Below, one piece after another: positions 37,479 through 46,309 of a stretch of DNA of 64,000 bases. Both the position numbers and the translations under genes were made by a program. Within the stretch, counting starts at the first letter, position 1. Every line of letters begins with the position of its first letter. The notes beneath the pieces were generated by a model that was given only the letters and a program-made list of their open reading frames with translations, ran no database searches and was not told where the DNA came from. The stretch is from an uncultured Acidobacteriota bacterium (GTDB taxonomy: Bacteria > Acidobacteriota > Vicinamibacteria > Vicinamibacterales > JAKQTR01), in assembly GCA_963700065.1 (NCBI GenBank), contig CAVOWJ010000007.1, forward strand, positions 786,637-850,636. The letters run 5' to 3'.

Positions 37479-40331
37479 CTAGCCGTACCAGAGAAACCCG
37501 AGCCGCTGACGCTTCAGGTACAGCCCCTTCCGCGAGAGTCCGAGTCTCCTCGCTGCAACATCCAATCTTCCTTCAGAGCATTCCAAGGCATACGTGATGG
37601 CCGCGCGTTCGACTGCTTGAAGACTCACTTCCAGTGGCCTGTCGATCCTAACGGTAATAGTCGGCACTCCAGAGACTGGCTGTTCAACTGGCTCCCGTGA
37701 GTGCCCCCTGATCCTCGCGTCTAGGTCTATGACATCGATGACCGAATCCGAGTTACCCAACGCCACGAGGCGGCGAATCTCGTGCGAGAGTTCCCTAACG
37801 TTGCCGGGCCATGGGTACAACAGAAGATGCTCCATCGCCGCTTCTGAAAGGCTAATCCTGTGCTTCCCGCACTCAGAGGCGTACCTCGAGAGGAACATCG
37901 CAATCAACGGAGCTACCTCTTCACGCCGCTCCCTGAGAGGCGGCAAGCGGAAGCGCACTACATTCAGACGGTAGAATAGATCTTCGCGAAAGCGGCCTTC
38001 CGCTACCAGAGCCTCGAGATTCGCGTTTGTGGCGGCGATGATCCGGACCTTGACTCTCCGCGGAACGGCTTCTCCAAGAGCTTGCACTTCGCCGGTGTCC
38101 AAGAAACGGAGAAGTTTCGGCTGGGTTTCCAGCGGGAGCTCCCCCACCTCGTCGAGCAGCAGCGTTCCACCTTCTGCTGCATGGATCACTCCCTTGAATC
38201 CTTGGGCCGCTCCTGTGAACGCCCCCCTTCGATACCCGAACAGTTGGCTGTCCACCATGTCGCGTGGCACAGTCGAGCAGTTGAACGCTACAAAACGAGC
38301 GTCCGACTCTCCCGACGCCCGATGGATGCTTCGGGCAATCACCTCTTTGCCGGTGCCGCTTTCACCCGTCAGCAGGACAGTTATGCCGAGCGGTGCAACC
38401 CGTCTTGCAGATGCGAGCAAGTTGAGCATCGCCGGGGAACGAAACAGGCCCTCTGCGTCGCTGGAGTGGGACCGATTGCTCTCTTCGCCGACTCGTATTG
38501 ATACCCGCTGTTCTGACACTCTCGACCGTCGAATGACCGACAACAACCTAGCCAAGCCATAGCAACCACTCAGGGACCTATCGGAGTCGGCCGGCGAGAT
38601 CAGCAAGTCATAGCTATGGGATTGTCGTGAACCCAAGCAGATTCTGATGGTGCCTTCAGGTCGTCCGACTTCCAAGCTGCTTGGAGCCGACGCCGTGACT
38701 GGATAGTCACACGTAGAAACTGGCGAGACCATCGTGCCCGACGTCTCGAGAACCGCTCCCGAGCGAATCCACCCAATGGAGACCAGACTCCTCAGTGCTT
38801 CCTCACCCAAGGACAACGGATCTGTCGCAAGGTCCATCAGTGAGCAAAGCAGCGTCGCAAGGTCGTCTGTCTCGCAGTGCGGTCGACCAAGAACGGAACT
38901 TGTCGCGTCAAGATGGCAACGTATGATAGTTGGTTTCCAAACCGAATCTCGTGCGCCAGTCGCGCTCCTTGTAGCGCTCTGAGAACCAAGCCGGCCCGCC
39001 AACTCCAATAACTGGTCGACCGCTTCGACGACACTGCTTGCCTCGCCGGTAGCTCCTACCACACGAAGTGCCTGGATGCTGAGGGATACCGCCCCCCGGT
39101 CGCCCGCGGCGGCGGCCAGCATTGCGTGAGTAGCCGACAGGGTGACCGTCGGACCAGATTTCGGTGCTTCCAGGTCGGAGCGCAGGTAGGCTTCAACAGT
39201 CGAACGCGCGCCACTTCGTTTGTTCAGCCGAGCAAGCGCCAGGACCTCCAGGGCGCCCAGTTGAACTCGCGGGAACGAACGCGATTGCAGATGCTCACGC
39301 GGTTCGGCGGTGCGAATGAGTTCCAGCGACTCCTGCCAGAGGCCAAGCCGTTGGAGGAGGCGCGCCTCGGTGCGCAGGTTCCAGTTTCGATGCCATGCGG
39401 ACCTCAACTGGGAGTGACGTGTGCTCATTTCGTGCGCAGTCTTCAGCGAAGCCGCACAACCTTCGACGTCACCGCTGACAAGCTGGGCTTCGGCGAGCGT
39501 TTCAAGGAGCAGGCCCCAGACCTGTTCTTCTTTGCTCGGCTTGCGGAGAGCGACGGACAGGCAGGTCGTTGCCCGGGCAGCCTGCCCGACCGCCAAGTAC
39601 GCCGCGGCCATGTCAGCTAAGGCAATCACGCCGGTCAGCGCGTGGCCGGACTCTGCAGAGGAAGCCAGTGCATGCCTCGCGGCATCGAGCGAGTCGAGGT
39701 AACGCCCCTCCAAGTAGTTGAGGCAGGACTCGTGTAGATCCAGAAGGCCCCGGAGCCAGTGGTTAGGAAAACTCCTGAGAAGCGAACATGCTATATCGGT
39801 ATGATGTCTCGACGTGTCCAAGTCTCCCCGCTTGGCGTAGTACTCAGCAAAGAAGATCTGATGGGCGATCGACACGGCCGGAACAGCCGCCTGTTCTACG
39901 TTGCATCTAAGAATAGAGAGAACATCAACATCGAGATCTCTGCCATCGAGATCTGCGGAGACGCTCAAGAGGCGAAGCTGGCTCCAAGCTCGGAGTTCGG
40001 GTGAGTCGATCTGCTCTGCGATTTGGTAGGCTCTCCGGAAGGACCGCACCGAGTCATCTAGGTGTCCCAACTGCTTCGACACTAGCCCCTCGACCATCAT
40101 GCACCGAATTCGATCGGACTCGGTGAGTCGTGGGGTCTTCCGCAGAGCGTTGATCTGGACCCGCGCCTCGGCTAGGTGACCTGTTCTCTCGAGCAGTTCA
40201 GCCATGAGCAGCCTATCGCCCGAGCCAGATCCTGGTCCGCTGGCCACCGGATGCTGCCTTAGGAGGTCAATCGCCGCCTGAAACCTCCCCTCGGAAGCAA
40301 GGGACCTCGCGTGAAGCGTTTGGTCGGGCAT
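37479..40331 (-). CDS. sigma-54-dependent transcriptional activator (bEBP) with ~600-aa TPR-like N-terminal region
   Basis: ORF track 950 aa. Walker A GESGTGKE, GAFTGA intact (RRGAFTGAAQG), Walker B LLLDEVGE, PWPGNVREL, and C-terminal Fis-type HTH RLGLSRKGLYLKRQRLG. No receiver, PAS or GAF domain recognised. GC is visibly lower. Confidence 0.9.
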   Translation of the reverse strand: MPDQTLHARSLASEGRFQAAIDLLRQHPVASGPGSGSGDRLLMAELLERTGHLAEARVQINALRKTPRLTESDRIRCMMVEGLVSKQLGHLDDSVRSFRRAYQIAEQIDSPELRAWSQLRLLSVSADLDGRDLDVDVLSILRCNVEQAAVPAVSIAHQIFFAEYYAKRGDLDTSRHHTDIACSLLRSFPNHWLRGLLDLHESCLNYLEGRYLDSLDAARHALASSAESGHALTGVIALADMAAAYLAVGQAARATTCLSVALRKPSKEEQVWGLLLETLAEAQLVSGDVEGCAASLKTAHEMSTRHSQLRSAWHRNWNLRTEARLLQRLGLWQESLELIRTAEPREHLQSRSFPRVQLGALEVLALARLNKRSGARSTVEAYLRSDLEAPKSGPTVTLSATHAMLAAAAGDRGAVSLSIQALRVVGATGEASSVVEAVDQLLELAGRLGSQSATRSATGARDSVWKPTIIRCHLDATSSVLGRPHCETDDLATLLCSLMDLATDPLSLGEEALRSLVSIGWIRSGAVLETSGTMVSPVSTCDYPVTASAPSSLEVGRPEGTIRICLGSRQSHSYDLLISPADSDRSLSGCYGLARLLSVIRRSRVSEQRVSIRVGEESNRSHSSDAEGLFRSPAMLNLLASARRVAPLGITVLLTGESGTGKEVIARSIHRASGESDARFVAFNCSTVPRDMVDSQLFGYRRGAFTGAAQGFKGVIHAAEGGTLLLDEVGELPLETQPKLLRFLDTGEVQALGEAVPRRVKVRIIAATNANLEALVAEGRFREDLFYRLNVVRFRLPPLRERREEVAPLIAMFLSRYASECGKHRISLSEAAMEHLLLYPWPGNVRELSHEIRRLVALGNSDSVIDVIDLDARIRGHSREPVEQPVSGVPTITVRIDRPLEVSLQAVERAAITYALECSEGRLDVAARRLGLSRKGLYLKRQRLGFLWYG

Positions 40332-40674
40332 GGTGGGTCGTCGCCGCTTTAGTAGATTGATATTCTGTGTATTTTCATTCTTAACTTCCTGGTAATCAAG
40401 TGCCCGTATCGAGCCATTAGTTGTGCGCGGGGGGCATCATCGCGCAGGAAATCGGTTTGCCCTCCAAAAGGAGGAGCAGGGGTTGGCCCTTGAGGAATTG
40501 ACTCTGTTTCAGGCTTCATCCGAGATGCCGCCCGTTGGAGTCCCTGCACATGGTGGAGATTTGGTAGGCCGCTGAGTCTAGACAGGGCACGCGGCCATCG
40601 GGCATCGTTCCGTGAGTTCTCTTTGGCGGAAGGACACACACGGAGGGAGATGCCGATGGCCAAGCCTAGGATCG

Positions 40675-40809
40675 GATCTGAGTGCGTTCGTTGGCAAGCT
40701 TCTCGAAGAGCAGGACGGGGATGTACTCCGAGAGGGCATCCGGGTGCTGTCGCAGGCGTTGATAGAGAGCGAAGTGGCCGGTCTAATCGGCGCCGAGCGG
40801 TACGAGTGA
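40675..40809 (+). mobile_element. IS256-family transposase N-terminal fragment
   Basis: DLSAFVGKLLEEQDGDVLREGIRVLSQALIESEVAGLIGAERYE, followed by a stop. Confidence 0.5.
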
Positions 40810-40845
40810 ATCGTACCGGGAATCTCGGAGGGCGGGTTCTGTGAG

Positions 40846-40935
40846 TCAGGCTACCTTGGCCTGCTCATAGTAACGCGCTTCGCACTCCGCCAGCGGCACG
40901 TGGCCCAGCGGTGCTAGCAGGCCCCGGATCGTGAA
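40846..40935 (-). mobile_element. IS3-family (rve integrase) C-terminal fragment
   Basis: The tail LGHVPLAECEARYYEQAKVA resembles IS3-type OrfB C-termini. The rest of ORF 40846..41307 does not read as protein. Confidence 0.35.
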
Positions 40936-41249
40936 GCAACCCAGCCAAGGCATCCTACCCGCCACTTTGACTCGGCTCTTTCCCAATCGCGCAACTGTAC
41001 GTCCGTGGCGCCAGGGATTCGGAAGGCCCGACGCTCCATCTCCATCACTGCCGCCGTGGACAACGGGCGCGGCGCCGTCGACCAGCACCGGAAGCAGCCG
41101 CAGCTCGGCGCGCAGCGCATCCGCCACGTCGCTCCGCGCCGCCTCGACCGGGTCTTCCCCATCGTCGGCGCGGGCCAGCCAGCGCGGGCGGATCAGCAGC
41201 GGCAGCACGTCGGCGGCCGCCGCCGGCGACTCCGCCGGGGGCGGTGTCG

Positions 41250-44200
41250 TCAGGCCGTGGCCTCCCGCTCCGACGCCTTGCGCTGCAGCCGTCGCCAGGT
41301 GTGCCACTCATGACCGGTGACCAGCGAGTAGCGCGCCACCTCCGCCACCTCGCTTGCGCACTGGCCCACGGTGGCCTTGATACCCATGGCCCCAAGCTTG
41401 TCGGCCAGCCCGATCCATTCCGCGGACGGCCCGGCCGCCTCGCCGGCGGCGTCCGCGACCGGCGTGCGCAGCGCCTTTACCAGCGTCACGCCCTCCTTGT
41501 CGAACGGCGCGGTCTGCTCGGCCAGCCCGCGCAGCAACTCGGTCGCGACGGCCGGCCGCCCGAACAGCACGGCCAGCATCAGCAGGCAGGGCTGCACGCG
41601 GCCGGCGCGCTCGAAGGCCTCGAGCGACTCGACCGACTTGCTGGCCTTGAGCACCCGGTACACGTTGACCAGCCGCTTAGCGATGCGCGGCGTGGGCAGC
41701 AGCGGGAGCAGCTGGCCGATGAACTCGCGCTCGTCCTCGCTGAACTGCACCGGTGCGGAGGCGGGAAGCGGCCGGCCGGCGTCCTTGCGCTGGACCGCGG
41801 GTTGCGTTGACGGCGTGGGCGGCGGCGTGCCCGTGACCGTCGGCGCCGACCCGGTCGAGCCGGTTGGCGTCGGCAGTGCCGAGCCGCCGCGGTCCGCGCC
41901 GGGTGCCGGTACAGGTGCGGGGACACCCCGCGCAGCGACCGCAGGCACGGCCTGGCTGTCCTGCGTGAGGAAGTCGACGTAGCCCTGGAAGTGCTTCTGG
42001 TTCATTGGTGCCAGCGCATAGGTGATCTGGAAGATCTTCTCCAGGTAGTTCTGCGCGGTCGACGCCCGCAGTCCGTCGCGCTCGTCACGCCCGTTGTGGC
42101 GGTCGTCCTCGGCGCCGAGCAGGTCGGCGTAGTACACGTCGAGCGAGCGTGTGAGCCAGCGCGAGTCCACCGCCACGATCACCACGAACAGATCCAGCGC
42201 CAGCAGCAGGTGCACCGCCTCTAGCATGTTGACCACGTGCGCCGGGCGGCAGCGGTCCAGATCGTCGACATACAGCACGATGCGGTCGATCGGCCGGATG
42301 GCCTGCTTGCCGTCACTGGGCGACTCGCCGCGCGCGGCATCGCGCAGTTCCTTCATCACCCGCGCCAGCTCGCGGAAGTCCTTGTGCACCAGCGAAATGA
42401 TTCCCTGCTGGGAGCGGTACTGCGTGGACTGCACGCGCTCGCGGATGAACGCGCCCAGCCGCTGCAGCGGCTGCAGCGCGGCCTGCTGCGTCAGCAGCTC
42501 GGCCAGCCGCGCCCTAGCGGTCTTTACGCTCGCCTGCACGCTCTCCAGCTCGCGGCGCGCCTTGTCCACCGCCTCGGCCTTGTCGATGCGGCCCTGGTCC
42601 TTGCTGGTGCGCGCCTCCTTCAGCTGTTCGTCGTACTTGCGGTTCACGCTGGCCAGCTCGCCGGCCAGCGCATCCAGCTTCTGGCGCGCTGTGCCCAGCG
42701 GGGCCACCAGCGTGCCGACGAAGCCCGCCACGGCCACCAGCGCCTTGGAGGCGGCTTCCTCCCAGTCCTGCAGCATGCTGGCATCCACCAGCAGCCACAC
42801 CCCCGCCGTCAGCGCCAGCACGCCGGCGGTAGGCACCGCGATGTGGCGCACCGGCTTGTTCAGCAGCACGGTGGCCAGCGTGCGCAGCCGGCTGCCCGAG
42901 GCGGCCAGCTCGCGCGCGGCCGTCTCCACGTCCTTGATCGTGTCGATCGACTGGTGCCAGCCGGTCGCGCGCACCAGCGCCTGCAGCTTGTCGAGCCCCT
43001 CCTGCCGCAGGTAGCCGTTGAGCGCCAGGATCTCCTGCTTCTTCTTCAGGTCCTCCTCGGCCAGTTCGAGCGCCTTCTCGCCCGCCTGCACCTGCACCTC
43101 GGCCTGGTGCACGGCGCCGCGCGCCTCCTCGATCATCTTGCGCAGCAGCTCGCGCGCATCCTCGCCGGTGTCCTGCGCGGGGCGCACCGCGTCCCAGATG
43201 CGGTCGAAGATCTCGGTGATCAAGCTCGCCCACAGGTTGGCGTCAGACGCGTGCCAGGCGTTGAACTCGATCTCCACCACGCGCTGGTGCAACTCCGGCC
43301 GCCCTTCGTCCTGCAGTGCCTTCACCGACTTCTTGATCTGCTCGATGAAGAACGACTTGCCCGAGCCCCAGTCGCCCAGCAGGCCGATCGACAGCGGCGG
43401 ATGCACGTCCTTGTCGAGGATCAGCCGCGCGAACGCGCTCGCCTCGGCCTCCACCCCCAGCTTGTCGTCGCCCTGGTCGGTCTCCAGCGCGTAACCGGCG
43501 CGTCGCGGCCCGGGCAGCGGCACGCCGGCGCGCTGCCACCACGCCGACCACTGCGCTGCGCTGCGATGCGCGATGTCGGCGCTGGCGAACGCGTACCACT
43601 GGTCGCGCACGCGGGCGAGGTCGCGGTCGGCGGCGGCGACGGCCGGGGCCACCTCGGCATCGGGGCCGAGCAGCGCCGCGGTCACGAGGTCGCGGCCCCA
43701 CAGCGGCTGCGGCTTGTCGCCAGGCGCGGCGGGCCGCTGCGCCCAGGCGAGCGCATCGCGCAGCGCCGGGCTCAGCAGCGCCTGCAGCGCGGCGGCTGCC
43801 ATCTTGGGCACGCTGGGCGCGCCGGTGGCCGGGCTGCCCAGCAGCTCGGCCAGTCGCACGAACGCCGGTGACTTGACCCTCGGCGCCAGCTGTGCCACCG
43901 CCGCCAGCACCTGCGCGCAGCCGACCGGGTCGCCGCCCGCCAGCTGCGCGGCCAGCCGCAGCGCCTCCAGCACGTGCGGCTCCACGCCGTCGGCGGCGAG
44001 CTGCAGCGTCCATTCGGCGCCGCCCTGCGCCGGCGCCGCGGCGGACGAACTCGTTCCTCCCAAGCTCGCGGCCGCGGGCGCCTTGCCGGCGGTGGTTTGC
44101 GCCCGCGCGCCGGCCGAAACCGCGGCGGCATCATGCAGCAGCGCGCGCAGCAGGTCCCCGCAGTCGTCGTTCCAGCGCGCCTCGGAGATCTCGAACGCAG

Positions 44201-44612
44201 CGCGCCGCGCGAGCGGCTTCAGGTCGTCCGGCAGTTGGTCGCTGCGCGGCATCTTTGCGCCTTGCACCAGCACAGGCACCACGCGCACGCCGTCCTTCTT
44301 CAGCGCAGTGGCGAGTTCCAGCCGCACGAAATCCTCGGGGTCGTCGAGCCGGCGGCGGCCGTCGCCGTCGGCGGCGCTGGCCCAGTCGCGGCCGATCACC
44401 GCCAGCACCTCGGAGCCGGCCAGCACCTTCTCCAGCGCCACCACGAAGTCGACGCCGGGCTCGATGCCGTCGACGTCCATGAACACGCTGTCGGTGCCGA
44501 GCCGCTCGGCGAAGAAGTCGAACAGCCGGCCCGCGTGGCCGGCGCTGTCCTCGCGCCGGTAGCTGATGAAGAGGCGCTTCGAACCGTCGGGCCGCTGGCG
44601 TTGTTCATCCAT
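41250..44612 (-). CDS. TIR domain / KAP family P-loop NTPase fusion protein (1120 aa)
   Basis: TIR: RLFISYRREDSAGHAGRLFDFF...VFMDVDGIEPGVDF...DFVRLELATALKK. KAP: Walker A LSIGLLGDWGSGKSFF, two hydrophobic helices inserted in the NTPase (AVPTAGVLALTAGVWLLV, ALVAVAGFVGTLVAPLG), Walker B IVLYVDDLDRC, and C-terminal TPRIAKRLVNVYRVL. Confidence 0.85.
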   Translation of the reverse strand: MDEQRQRPDGSKRLFISYRREDSAGHAGRLFDFFAERLGTDSVFMDVDGIEPGVDFVVALEKVLAGSEVLAVIGRDWASAADGDGRRRLDDPEDFVRLELATALKKDGVRVVPVLVQGAKMPRSDQLPDDLKPLARRAAFEISEARWNDDCGDLLRALLHDAAAVSAGARAQTTAGKAPAAASLGGTSSSAAAPAQGGAEWTLQLAADGVEPHVLEALRLAAQLAGGDPVGCAQVLAAVAQLAPRVKSPAFVRLAELLGSPATGAPSVPKMAAAALQALLSPALRDALAWAQRPAAPGDKPQPLWGRDLVTAALLGPDAEVAPAVAAADRDLARVRDQWYAFASADIAHRSAAQWSAWWQRAGVPLPGPRRAGYALETDQGDDKLGVEAEASAFARLILDKDVHPPLSIGLLGDWGSGKSFFIEQIKKSVKALQDEGRPELHQRVVEIEFNAWHASDANLWASLITEIFDRIWDAVRPAQDTGEDARELLRKMIEEARGAVHQAEVQVQAGEKALELAEEDLKKKQEILALNGYLRQEGLDKLQALVRATGWHQSIDTIKDVETAARELAASGSRLRTLATVLLNKPVRHIAVPTAGVLALTAGVWLLVDASMLQDWEEAASKALVAVAGFVGTLVAPLGTARQKLDALAGELASVNRKYDEQLKEARTSKDQGRIDKAEAVDKARRELESVQASVKTARARLAELLTQQAALQPLQRLGAFIRERVQSTQYRSQQGIISLVHKDFRELARVMKELRDAARGESPSDGKQAIRPIDRIVLYVDDLDRCRPAHVVNMLEAVHLLLALDLFVVIVAVDSRWLTRSLDVYYADLLGAEDDRHNGRDERDGLRASTAQNYLEKIFQITYALAPMNQKHFQGYVDFLTQDSQAVPAVAARGVPAPVPAPGADRGGSALPTPTGSTGSAPTVTGTPPPTPSTQPAVQRKDAGRPLPASAPVQFSEDEREFIGQLLPLLPTPRIAKRLVNVYRVLKASKSVESLEAFERAGRVQPCLLMLAVLFGRPAVATELLRGLAEQTAPFDKEGVTLVKALRTPVADAAGEAAGPSAEWIGLADKLGAMGIKATVGQCASEVAEVARYSLVTGHEWHTWRRLQRKASEREATA

Positions 44613-44799
44613 ATGGCCTCGCCACTGGCGGTGTATGACGCGATTCTAACGCCATTCCACGAGATCCGCTCCCCTCCCCGTTTCCGAGTTCCCGAGGTGA
44701 AGGAGCAAGGACATGGAGCGCGAGCGACGACGGATGGAATCGCCGCGCGAAGACGGCTGACGAGAGGCGTCCGCGCGGGGTGCGTCGTCGTTGGCGCGG

Positions 44800-45030
44800 C
44801 TACTGCGTGCGGTAGTCAGTGCGTTCGGGCTCGTCGGAGGTCACGCCGGGCACGCTGAAGAGCGCGGCAATTCCAGCGCTTGGCACACTGCCGGTGAGGA
44901 TGCCGACGGCCGGGAGCGTCTGCTTCAGGCGGAACCCCTTCGCCATCAACGTGCGCGCCATGCCCGGCAGGTCGTCCCTGTGAGCGTCGTCCACGAGCAC
45001 CGTGACGTCGATGAGCTTCGTCGCTGCCAT
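44800..45030 (-). CDS. small hypothetical protein (76 aa)
   Basis: MAATKLIDVTVLVDDAHRDDLPGMARTLMAKGFRLKQTLPAVGILTGSV... has protein-like composition. No named domain. Confidence 0.4.
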   Translation of the reverse strand: MAATKLIDVTVLVDDAHRDDLPGMARTLMAKGFRLKQTLPAVGILTGSVPSAGIAALFSVPGVTSDEPERTDYRTQ

Positions 45031-45121
45031 GGCTGAAGGCGAAGTCTCCACCCCGGAAACGGCCGGGGCGGTACTGCCAGTCTCGCAGAGGTGCGCGGAG
45101 GAATGGCCCCGCACCGGCGCC

Positions 45122-45720
45122 CTACACCGGCGCCTGCGCCAACCCCGCGCCCACGTCCCTGTTGACCAGCGTCAGGCGCCGCGCGTTCGACGTGACCAAC
45201 GGCCAAAGGGCCGCCGCGGTCGTGCCGTCGCCCTTCGCCTCTAGCCACAGCGCCGCGAGGCCTGCCATGTGCGGCGTCGCAATGCTGGTGCCGGAAGTCG
45301 TGTGATAGCGCGCCGGCCACGGCCGGCCCGGGCCCTGCGGCTGGACCGACGCCGGGAACGGGTACGGCACCGACGAGAAGACGGCGGACCCGGGGCCGGC
45401 GATGTCCACGCCGCCGCCATTCGCGTTGATCCCGCCGTTCGAGAACGGCGAGACGCGAAGCGCTGAATCGAGCGACGCCATCGCTAGGATCGAGGGGCAG
45501 TTGGCCGGGCGGCCCACCGGGCGCGGCGACTCGAGACGCTGGTCGGTCACCGGGTCGCAGCTCTCGTTCCCCGCCGCGGCCACGATCAGCGTGCCTGGCG
45601 CGGACTGCAGCGCGCGCCGCGCCACCGTCTCCTACACCGTGGAAAACGCCTCGCCGGGCTGCACCGGGGCGCCGAGCGACACGAGACCGTTGCGGCGAGG
45701 AGAATGCGGAATGCGGAAGA
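45122..45720 (-). pseudogene. S8 subtilase pseudogene (C-terminal half; in-frame TAG and TGA upstream, Asp/His region lost)
   Basis: LIVAAAGNES ... TSGTSIATPHMAGLAALW is the catalytic Ser context. Upstream, the same frame reads SLGAPVQPGEAFSTV-TAG-ETVARRALQ and then degenerates. Confidence 0.65.
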
Positions 45721-45919
45721 GGTGTTTGAGAACTGCGGGCGGTGGCAGGTTCGGCGTCCCAATTCAGGTCACCGTGGCGGGCGTCATGAGGCGTGACCCC
45801 GGCGACCGGAACGTTCGAGCGGGAAAGGGCGAGCGAGTGTATGATGTGGCCGATCCTCGAAAGCCAAGTCGGCAATGTCGGACAATCGGGCACGGGTGCC
45901 CGCACGCGTGAGGTTCGAT

Positions 45920-46309
45920 ATGGCTGTAACTCGTGTACACCACGTTCCCAACCCCGGAAGCGTCGCGGTGTCGCCGTCGCGCGGCGAGTTCCTCTTCTTC
46001 CGCATCACGGCGAACGGGCCGATGCCCCGATTCCAATTCACGAGCGATGTAAAGGGCCAGATGCTGAATCAGGGAATGTTCCCCTCAGATCCCGCGCCTT
46101 TGTATGAGTGGACGTATCTCCGCGATCCGTCCGACGTTCAGCAGTTCGAGCTCCTGTCGGTCGCGCTGCTGTTCGCCGCGAATTCCGACTACCGCTACAT
46201 CGTCGAGCAGCGGGGCGCGGGCGGGACGATCCGGACTGTCGTCGACGTCTCGTACTCGGGGCTCGCGACCGACTTCGACACCGAAGTCTTTCGCGTGCTG
46301 ATCGTATGA
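45920..46309 (+). CDS. hypothetical protein (129 aa), first gene of a 3-gene operon
   Basis: MAVTRVHHVPNPGSVAVSPSRGEFLFFRITANG... An alternative start lies at 45875. The stop overlaps the next start (ATGA). Confidence 0.5.
   Translation: MAVTRVHHVPNPGSVAVSPSRGEFLFFRITANGPMPRFQFTSDVKGQMLNQGMFPSDPAPLYEWTYLRDPSDVQQFELLSVALLFAANSDYRYIVEQRGAGGTIRTVVDVSYSGLATDFDTEVFRVLIV

Noticed and set aside
40349-40663. ORF 40349..40663 (-, 104 aa) upstream of the sigma-54 activator.
   Set aside because: It lies in the AT-richer promoter region and IS-fragment junction. It has no SD and no similarity to anything recognisable.
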